Shown: piece by piece, positions 11,801-20,000 of the stretch
Layout of the letters: the number at the start of each line of letters is the position of its first letter
Numbering within the stretch: the first letter of the stretch is position 1
Source: Chromera velia
Lineage: Eukaryota
Assembly (NCBI GenBank): GCA_018398765.1
Contig: JAHBMJ010000366.1
Span: 109,207 to 129,206 of the forward strand
Length of the DNA: 20,000 nucleotides
Reading direction: 5' to 3'
Translations under genes and position numbers: made by a program
The notes under the pieces: model-generated
What the model was told of the DNA's origin: nothing
The model's input: the letters and a program-made list of their open reading frames with translations, nothing else
Database searches by the model: none

Positions 11801-12368
11801 AATTCGAGGGCGACGGATCGTCCAAACTTACCGCTGCGTGGATGCATGGAGGAGGAAGGGGAGTGTGAATTTTTTCTCGCCACTCATTCGCAGCAGAATG
11901 GGTCGGGGAAAAGGAGAGAAGAGATAAAAGACTTTGTTGCCGTCTGTCGGCGGTCCATGATGTTTGTTCCTTGACGGTCATGAAATACTTTGATTCCCTG
12001 CCTGGGTACCTGCAGAAGGTTTTCCTCTCTGCCTCCCATCGTCTTCCCTCTGCAGTGATTGACATCTTCACGCTGGTGCTTGCGTGACCGCATGCATAAT
12101 GAGCACTTCGTTTTTGCACACACACACGCGCACACGCACACACACAAACGCACGCGCCTGAAATTGTTCAGGTGTTGCCTGCCTGTCTGCCTGAAAGGAG
12201 GGGGTGTTATTGCGTTGAGATTCCAAGGCGCACACGCACACAGAAAACGTACGTGGATGGAGACATTCTCTGTGGCAGAAGGGAAAAGAGGAAAAAGGCA
12301 TAAAAGGGCAAGCGGAAGGAGCCAAGGCATCGTTTCATCCAACTAAAAGTCCTTCTGTGTGAGAGAGA

Positions 12369-12405
<37 letters not shown>

Positions 12406-12820
12406 TTCTGGGTGTCGGTCATTGTCTCTTGATCTGACTGGGGTGGCGCATGCATGGGCGATTGAGATGGTCTGCATATACGTCCGGACATGCAGTGAAT
12501 CCAGGAGGGGAGCGGGGGGGAAAGCTGGAAGGAAAGTCAGTAACACTCGGGGTGAGTCGGTCGGACACGACGGACAGGAGTTGCGCGGAAGATGAAGTGC
12601 CTGGGGCAAAATGCATATCAACCCCTCACCCCATGCAGGCGTTTATTGAGTAGCTTAAGCTGATTTAAGCTGTCCTCCACTAGGGCGCTCCGAGTTACTG
12701 GAACTGTTTTTTGTGTGATTGATAAATGAAAAAACTTTTTAAAACCAGTATGTTAAAAACTAAATTTGTTTTTGGTAGTTTGTGGTATCGTAGCAGTAGC
12801 CATTCTACAAAAAGCATACA

Positions 12821-12886
12821 AACTAGCATCATCATCATCATCATTCACCATCGCTATCGGCCCATAAATGAGCGTCTAACTAGCAT
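12821..12886 (-). mobile_element. Severely 5'-truncated non-LTR retroposon 3' end with (ATG)n tail and 9-bp TSD
   Basis: AACTAGCAT flanks both sides (12821-12829 and 12878-12886). The minus strand reads AGACGCTCATTTATGGGCCGATAGCGATGGTGA(ATG)n. A second copy lies in the opposite orientation at 13257-13305. Confidence 0.7.
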
Positions 12887-13066
12887 ACATTAATAATTAA
12901 AAGGTTTTAATTGCTTATTATCAAACTTTTTAGACAAGTTTTTAAATTTTTTATTTTTATACGTTTGATCTGTTTTGATCTAGCTGTTACCCGTGTCCAA
13001 TGAATCAATCACCAAGTTATAGGCCCTCTATGTCTTACCGCGGCGTTGCCCTGTGTGGCCGTTTCT

Positions 13067-13483
13067 AGGCTCCCCATATCAAGAGAGAAAAAAAAAAGAA
13101 AATTTGGTTTAGACGCCTATTCACTCATGCGCAAGCACGCCCTGCCAGAAGTGGAAGAGTTTGAGAAAAAATGCAGTTGTTAAGCTATTTACCAAATGTT
13201 ATGAAATAAGGGTCAATCATTTAATAATCTGCCTTACGTGTTATAACTTGCCGAACGTTAGACGCCTATTATGGGCCGATAGCGATGGCATATAATGATG
13301 ATGCTGATAAGTTTTTTTTTATTTTTAATTTTTTAGAACAATACCTGAACAATTGTTGTTTAAATTGGGGTGTTGCATCGGTGTTGCACAATGCACAAGC
13401 GTTGTTTAGAAAAAAAAAAAAAAGAAAATCAAAAATGAATTTTAGGCAATTACTTTTTTAGTTTTTTTATATATGGGGAGCCT
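13067..13483. mobile_element. MITE-like non-autonomous DNA element bounded by 13-bp terminal inverted repeats
   Basis: AGGCTCCCCATAT (13067-13079) and ATATGGGGAGCCT (13471-13483) are perfect reverse complements. An A-rich tract follows the left repeat and a T-rich tract precedes the right. The interior is AT-rich and non-coding. No clean TSD is visible. Confidence 0.6.
13257..13305 (+). mobile_element. Second copy of the (ATG)n-tailed retroposon 3' end
   Basis: TTATGGGCCGATAGCGATGG (13269-13288) is the exact reverse complement of 12848-12867. It is preceded by GTTAGACG and followed by ATGATGATGC. Confidence 0.65.
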
Positions 13484-14600
13484 GATGATTGAGGGTTAAA
13501 TCCTAGATTTAGCGACGCCAAATCCCAAGCCACTAGCAAGGTTTTGAGGACAACCCAGAGTACACATTCATGGGGGGAGGGGATGAGGAAGCCTGCATGC
13601 CAATCGGATCGATTCGCCTCAACTTGCCTTATCGACAGAATTGACCTTCTTGAGATAGTCGGCTATAGCTTTGAAACCGCTTCTAGGCAGAATTGTGCAC
13701 AACAGCAACACTATATCCTTCATTTTTTTCTGATTGTTAGAAGTGCCCCTCCCGGTGGCACCTGTAACGCGTTGTGTGATCTGTATTCTTATGTTAATGG
13801 GCGCTTTCTGCTTTGCAATTTCATACAGTTCTTTCAGCCTGTTCCATTCTCTTTCTGTGTCCTTACATTCCGTCAGAACATGAACCCCATCTTTGATCAC
13901 ATGCGAGGAGGACAAACATTTATCATACAGCCGTTTTAGTTGGGTTCTATCCATATTCCCCCCTGTGAGAGCCCTGAAAAACATACGGAAGCCTGTGGAA
14001 GACTGCAACAGACTCTTTAGCAGAGGTGCAACACTGCATTCTATCATTTCACTTCTCGGACGCCATTTCTTTTCACTCAGAAGGTGCATGGCCAAACGCT
14101 GTCTGAACGGATTTTCTGATTGGAAAGGGGAGAGATTTACAAGGTGGGGAAAAATTCCGTCTCTGTCTCTAATGTTTCTAGTTTCTTCTTTCAATCAGTC
14201 GAACAGCCAGGTACCCTCTACGATCTTTTTTGCCGCCCTTTTTCTTTTGGCCTTGCCCTTTCTTTTAAACTTATCCCCCACCGTGCTTGGCAATGGAGGC
14301 CACAAAAAGGAGCAATCTAATGGAATGACCAGCCATTTTACTGTCTTAATGAAAGGTTCATATAAGCTAGCCAAGCACTCATTCCACACTGCCCGAGGTA
14401 GAGCACGGTCGATTGATTTGATGCATTGGATGAAGCCCCTACTCAACTTACCAAGTAGAGAACTGAATGGCTTGAGAGAGAAAGAGAGAAGGGGAGCCTA
14501 GGGCCGTATCAGGAAAGACCTATCGTCCTCAGCATCGTCCCCCTTTCTATCGGGAATCTACCTGAATACGTGCAGCCGCCGGCCTTGCCAAGGCTTACCC
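13484..14600 (-). pseudogene. Non-LTR retrotransposon (LINE) ORF2 C-terminal fragment with degenerate CCHC zinc knuckle, 5'-truncated
   Basis: ORFs 14195-14446 and 13619-14194 share one frame separated by a single TGA. The motif RL(Y)DKC...(K)DGVHVLTEC matches CxxC...ExxxHxxxxC. Upstream, IERGTMLRTIGLS*YGPRLP/LLSFSLKPF...FIQCIKSIDRALPRAVW resembles the post-RT region of LINEs (one frameshift near 14495). The minus strand ends in CAATCATCA at the MITE-like TIR. The 5' limit is approximate. Confidence 0.75.
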
Positions 14601-15646
14601 CTTCCTCGACACTCACTCTTTGCATTGCGCTCCTCGTACTTCGGAGGCACCCGCTTGTTATTCTATATATGATGAATTATAACATGATGCACTACCTTTT
14701 TTAAGAACATCTCTACATTCTTTTTGAAGGCCCTTTCTATATTACTCACCAAATAGCAAATACGTGATCCCATATTGCTTGTTCCCACACGATTCGGTAT
14801 TTAATGTTTGCAGAATTAATATTTTTGTTATGGTGGATCGTACGGCAGACTATTTATGTTTAAATTTATCATAATCTATCATACTACTAGTAGATCAACC
14901 TTGATTTAAACTAAAAAATTGTGCACATATTATATATACACATAATTTTATGTATGTAGTAGTATGTAGCATCTTCTGTAGTTTGTATGACACGCAGAGT
15001 ACCACAGACTCGCACTATCTTGTAGCACACTTGACTTGAAGGTACTTGAAGGGCTGCCGTACTCTCATATACGCACGTGGTTTGTTAGTGAATGGGGGGG
15101 GGGTCTTCTTCACTTCCGCGTGCAAAGCGCGCGCTTGAATGTATTCTTACATGCACATGTATTATATTAATAATTAATTGATTATTACATGATATAGTGT
15201 ACTTCGATACGTACACACACACTGCATGCACGTGCACACGCATCCATGCAAGAGGGGCAGTGATCGAGGGAAGGTGCAACCATATTCCGGCTTTTGCATT
15301 GCTCGACAGTCGATCGGTTGTCTTTTTCTGCTGCATAGGCTCCCAACTGTGAGTCGGACACACTTCCAGTCTGACATTCTGACCATCTTGCGGACGATCG
15401 ATCAGTCGACCAACCACCCTGACGTCGATCCAGTCATCCCCCACAATCTCTGCAGGCAGACAGTTGCGACCCCAGCAGCTCAGTACGACATCAGAGGAAG
15501 GATTTCAAAGACAAAAAGGCAAGAAACGAACTATCCAAAGTTGGCCCTCAATCTCTTGATCAGACATCCAGAGAGACTGAGCTCGTTTGACAGCCACATA
15601 TATACACAACCACCAAAGTTGACTCAGCGAGACCTCACCAGATCAA

Positions 15647-15769
15647 ATGGGAAACTCACAAGGCCAGCGCTGCTGCTGCCAGGAGCAGCACCAACTGAAG
15701 AATGACATCCAGGTGACCAAGTCCAAGTCCAAAAACGCCATTCAGGAGATCCCACCCATGCAGCCCCAG
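15647..15769 (+). CDS. Coding exon 1 of ISP-like protein (MGNSQGQRCCC..., predicted N-myristoylation and palmitoylation)
   Basis: ATG-Gly2 with a CCC cluster at residues 9-11, and a CAG|GTAGGC donor (phase 0). Confidence 0.75.
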
Positions 15770-16739
15770 GTAGGCATGCATGCATGCTTGCGTGAACACA
15801 TGCATGTCAATTCTCTTTCATTGAGCCTGCACGGGGGGTGCATTGTATGTCCCTATGTGAGGGAACGTGCATCTGTATACGCGTAGATCTGTCTTCAGAT
15901 TCGCACTTGTGTGTGATCTCCGGGAGGAAAAAGTACTGCGTGCATGTTCGTGTGCCTGCATGAGTCACTAAATGTCCGCACGCGAAGGACATGCAGGCCA
16001 GGCATCAAAGGATCTTGGCTGCTTGGCACTTTGAACGAGTATGCATGAAGAGAAGTAGATGGACGGGGAAAGAGAATTAAGGGGAGCTGCAAAGATTCAC
16101 GGATAGATGAGCACAAGGGGGCATTGAAATGGATTCGTGAGAAACTACTATAGATCTTCTTTATGAAAACAATCTTTATGAGGGGTTCATGAGGAAAGAG
16201 AGTTTTCATGCTGTGCTGCGAGTCGCTTAAATGACTGCATTGAGCAGTTTCGGTCGCACAACACGATTCTGTGGCTTTGTGCTTCTTCTGTGTGTGTTTG
16301 ACCAACAGTGTCTGTCTTTTGTGACTGGGTTGGTAGACGTCCCTTCTTCCGGCCCGCTTCTAGGAAGTTCCGCTTCCTATCTTGCCGTCCATCTGCTTGC
16401 TTCTCTATCTACCTGTCTGTCATTGTGTCTCTTTGTCTGTCTGTCTATTTGTCTGTCTGTCTGTCTATTTGTCTGTCTGTCTGTCTGTCTGTGAAGAAAA
16501 GACGATGTAGTCTGTCTGTCCGGCGGCTATCTTCTTCGTTTGTACCGACAACTTGTCCCTCCAACGAGGGTGGAGAATCATCGACTGACTCGCTGACTCA
16601 CTCTGTCATTGACTCACCCACTCAACAGCGATGCACCCCTCGTCGGTAAGACATGAAGGGCATGCAGTCTGACTCTTGGCGCCCCGCCCTGCTGCTTCAG
16701 TGAACGTGTATGTCTCCTGTGTGTGTATATGTTTGTTCA

Positions 16740-16781
<42 letters not shown>

Positions 16782-16796
16782 TGCCTGTGTGCGAAG

Positions 16797-17019
16797 ACGC
16801 AGCTTGTCCCTCCCGTTGCGGAAGAGCAGTTCCCCCCCCCCCCTCGCCTGGAGGAGCAGGCAGAGAGAGAGGGAGAAGGATCCAAGGAGGCCCTTGCAGC
16901 CAGCACAGAGAGAGAGATGCCCGAGGTGCCTGAGGAGAACCAAGACGCCCCCCCCGCACTTCCGGAGCTTCCTGTGGCACCTTCGATGGTCACGGAACCC
17001 ATTGCTTTCAACGACGAAG
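16797..17019 (+). CDS. Coding exon 2 of ISP-like protein (acidic Pro/Glu-rich linker)
   Basis: Phase-0 acceptor (AAG at 16796 or CAG at 16802) and a consensus G|GTAAGT donor at 17020 (phase 1). Confidence 0.75.
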
Positions 17020-17037
17020 GTAAGTCAGTCAGCGGCA

Positions 17038-17147
17038 TCTTGTGCATGACATTGGAGGACAAATGCGCATACTTTCTCTGCTGCATGGCATTGGAGTCTT
17101 GTGCATGACATTGGAGGACAAATGCGCATACTTTCTCTGCTGCATGG
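17038..17147. repeat. Intronic 51-bp direct duplication (period 59)
   Basis: Identical copies at 17038-17088 and 17097-17147, separated by CATTGGAG. Confidence 0.95.
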
Positions 17148-17641
17148 TCGAATTCTTCTCCATTTGTACTGATCAGTCTTCTTTCGTTGCATGTGTAGCA
17201 ATCAATGAGCATCAGAATGCGCAGTTGGAGTGGTCGAGACCATTTAACGATACGAATTTCCACATTCTAGCTCTCCTTTTCGATGGGCGAGTGTATTACA
17301 CGGACCAATTAAACCGGATATTTTTGGAATGACATCCAAGCTGGCTTTGTTGTCCGTGTGTCATTTCCAGTCCTTCTCTTTTTTTGCCGTATTCATTCGG
17401 CCCTGCTCTTGTAAAAAAATGCAAAAACGATCAGCCCGCCAGCCAGCCTGTTGGACGGGAAGGGACGGGAAGGGCGACCTTGACTCTCCTCATACAAATG
17501 TCTAAAACTTCCCCATGACTCTCGATCTGTAGGTCATGGGCAGAAAAGGTCCGGCTTGCGGCGTGTCGGTCAACCTGCGATCCCTCTCTTTTTGTTTTCC
17601 TGTATTGTCCGCATGCGTCCATGCAATACAATTCCATGCAG

Positions 17642-17703
17642 CGCGGCAATTCACTCGGAACCTCACCTCTCCAATGCTCGCGGCTTCTCGGGACGTCTCA
17701 AAG
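17642..17703 (+). CDS. Coding exon 3 of ISP-like protein (ARQFTRNLTSPMLAASRDVSK)
   Basis: TGCAG acceptor and AAG|GTAGGG donor. Its 62 nt convert phase 1 to phase 0, exactly as required to join the neighbouring exons. Confidence 0.7.
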
Positions 17704-17938
17704 GTAGGGCGGTCGGTCCATCAAGTGCTCCTTCCTTCCTTCCAACCATCTCATTTGATCCGATTGAGTGGCTGGCTGACGTGATTTGATCCTTGTGCTT
17801 CGCTCTTTTGAGTGTGGTCAGCAAGAAGACGCTTTTTCTTTTTGTCTTCTGTGACGAAGTAGAACAGAACAGAACGGTAGTTGGCAGTCTGTCGTGCTGC
17901 ATCTTTGTGCATGTGTGTCTGCGTGCCTGCGTATGCAG

Positions 17939-18076
17939 GAAGAGAGAAAGGCCGAGATCAAAGAAATGGTGAAGAACTTCTGCGTTGAGGCCTCTATCGG
18001 CATCGAGTGCAAAGTGGGACTTGACAACGGCACCCGCCTCGTTCCAGCCTCTTTCTTCTTGCAGGACGGAAGCGAG
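17939..18076 (+). CDS. Coding exon 4 of ISP-like protein (EERKAEIKEMVKNFCVEASIGIECKVGLDNGTRLVPASFFLQDGSE)
   Basis: TGCAG acceptor and GAG|GTCGCT donor, 46 codons. A helix followed by G-I-x-(C/V)...L-D-x-G-T-R-L resembles the start of the ISP core. Confidence 0.8.
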
Positions 18077-18294
18077 GTCGCTACGCTTTCTTTCCTTCCT
18101 TTCTTCCTTCCTTCCTTCCTTCCTTCCTTTCTGTTCTCTGGGAACACAACAGGCATGCAGGATTGTTGGTTGCATCCATATTGGTGGTATGACAGGAACG
18201 TGTGCGTGTGGGCGGGGCGTGTGTGGCTGCGTGTGTTGGGGTCTGCCGACCATCTTAGAACGTCCTTCGCGCCCATGTTCGTGCATGCTTGCAG

Positions 18295-18428
18295 GTGATT
18301 CGAATTGTGCTTGCACCCGAGGACATCAGTGCGGCCCCCTCCCCTGAGGTCATCTTCAAATTGGTGGAAGTGCAGGCTCTCGCCAGGGGGTCCGAGGAAA
18401 TCTTGGCGGTGTTGCCCGACTTTGACAA
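18295..18428 (+). CDS. Coding exon 5 of ISP-like protein (VIRIVLAPEDISAAPSPEVIFKLVEVQALARGSEEILAVLPDFDK)
   Basis: TGCAG acceptor (phase 0) and AA|GTAAGC donor (phase 2), open frame. Confidence 0.8.
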
Positions 18429-18495
18429 GTAAGCCTCTCTCTCTCTCTGTGTCTGCCTTTCTGTCTGTTTGACTGACTTTCTGTGTCCAAAAGAA

Positions 18496-18528
<33 letters not shown>

Positions 18529-18818
18529 TCCAATGCACGCAGAATGACTTTCTGTAGATTACTCATTACAACAGCGATCGTGACAGCACCACCGGCTCAC
18601 GGAATCATCGAGAGAGCAAAGCATTTTCTCGGGGATGTTGAAAGGTAGTGCTTCTTGTTTTGTGATTGTGAGGTGCCCGAATGTTCCCTTCTCTCTCTCT
18701 CTCTCTCTGTGCCTGCACTGGAAGTGCACGGGTGCATGGGTCGCGGGGGTCCATGGAATGTCGTGGAAGTTGTGGTTTTTGAAGTCGTGGGAGTGTGTAT
18801 TCATATGTGTGTGTGCAG

Positions 18819-18938
18819 AACGAGAGCAGCATCCTCTGTTGTGATCGTGCCTGGTCAAGGCAAGGGAGACCCGATCGCCCTGTGCTATGATGAGGCGCTG
18901 CCCTCAAAGAAGATGTATGCAGTTCTCAAGATCTGCTG
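18819..18938 (+). CDS. Further coding exon of ISP-like protein (TRAASSVVIVPGQGKGDPIALCYDEALPSKKMYAVLKIC)
   Basis: TGCAG acceptor (phase 2) and TG|GTACGT donor. The strand-strand-helix pattern fits the end of a PH fold. The terminal exon was not resolved. Confidence 0.75.
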
Positions 18939-19469
18939 GTACGTTTTTATCATTCATTGCGCACGCATGGGTCTCTCTCTCTCTCTGTCAACTACCCTGG
19001 GCGTATCTGCGTCCTTTTTTTTTTCTTCTTTTTCTTTCCCCTTTTCTTCTTCTTATTCGTCTTGTTTCTCTTTTCTGTCGTCGAGAGGAGGAGGAAGACT
19101 TAACAGAACCGTTAAAAAGATGTAAGTGGTGACGTGACATAAAGACATAAAGAAGTCAGTCAGTCAGTCAGTCAGACAGACCGACAGAGACAGACCAAAA
19201 CACGACACGGAAAGGTGGTCAGACAGACAGAAAGAGAAACAGGCAGACAAGCAGGCAAGCAGATACCCAGACAGAGTGATAGACTGACTGTCTGCGTGAC
19301 TTCGTATCACTTTTCATCTTCCTTCTTTCTCTTGACGACCGATCAGACGGACATGCAGGCGGGCAGGTAGATAGACAGATCTACTCGACAAATCGACGCA
19401 AAACGAATGAATGAATGAATCAATGAATGAATGAATGAATGAAAGAATGAGTCAATCAAATCAATCAAA

Positions 19470-19500
<31 letters not shown>

Positions 19501-19505
19501 GCGCA

Positions 19506-19546
19506 GGCAGAGAGAGAGAGAGAGAGAGAGGGGGGGAGGGAGAGAG

Positions 19547-19583
<37 letters not shown>

Positions 19584-19602
19584 GAGAGAGAGAGAGCGAG
19601 CG

Positions 19603-19637
<35 letters not shown>

Positions 19638-19656
19638 GAGAGAGAGAGAGCGAGCG

Positions 19657-19691
<35 letters not shown>

Positions 19692-19710
19692 GAGAGAGAG
19701 AGAGCGAGCG

Positions 19711-19745
<35 letters not shown>

Positions 19746-19764
19746 GAGAGAGAGAGAGCGAGCG

Positions 19765-19799
<35 letters not shown>

Positions 19800-19818
19800 G
19801 AGAGAGAGAGAGCGAGCG

Positions 19819-19853
<35 letters not shown>

Positions 19854-19872
19854 GAGAGAGAGAGAGCGAGCG

Positions 19873-19907
<35 letters not shown>

Positions 19908-19926
19908 GAGAGAGAGAGAGCGAGCG

Positions 19927-19961
<35 letters not shown>

Positions 19962-20000
19962 GAGAGAGAGAGAGCGAGCGAGCGAGAGAGAGAGAGAGAG
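19506..20000. repeat. Purine-rich minisatellite, ~54-bp unit built from (GA)n, GGGGG and (GAGC)3
   Basis: G runs recur every 54 bp (about 19580, 19634, 19688, 19742, 19796, 19850, 19904, 19958). The array runs off the window. It is preceded by (GAAT)n, (CA)n and (CG)n tracts. Confidence 0.95.

Noticed and set aside
7854..12653. Many 60-220 aa ORFs on both strands
   Set aside because: Dominated by microsatellite-derived peptides, with no domain motifs and no consistent exon chain.
13893..14501. 202-aa + strand ORF
   Set aside because: Antisense to the LINE fragment, whose zinc-knuckle motif is on the minus strand.
16497..16645. Possible extra exon of the ISP-like gene ending at a GTAAGA donor
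   Set aside because: Its phase-2 donor does not match the phase-0 acceptors of the next exon, and the content includes simple repeats.

Overview
Eukaryotic, intron-rich DNA full of simple repeats ((TTCC)n, (TGTC/TGCC)n, (GT)n(GA)n) and TGCATGCA motifs. It most resembles a chromerid/apicomplexan-related alveolate such as Chromera velia (inference). From left to right: (1) 1-1536, a decayed Ty3/Gypsy chromovirus 3' end (GPY/F motif, chromodomain, PPT, candidate LTR), preceded by a probable second element's PPT+LTR. (2) ~2359-7440, a large + strand multi-exon gene that is mostly low-complexity but has a PH-domain beta1-beta2 motif split across an intron. (3) 7441-12650, microsatellite-rich DNA with no callable gene. 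(4) 12650-15200, an AT-rich transposon nest: a minus-strand LINE C-terminal pseudogene, a tiny TSD-flanked (ATG)n-tailed retroposon with a second inverted copy, a MITE-like TIR pair and further inverted arms. (5) 15647-18938+, a spliced gene for a predicted myristoylated/palmitoylated ISP-like (IMC sub-compartment protein, PH-fold) protein. (6) A 54-bp-period purine minisatellite running off the end. I see no convincing wholly new system. The best leads are the ISP-like gene, the split PH domain, the nested retroposon architecture and a C-to-T bias in the TE lesions. All calls were made by eye, without database searches.
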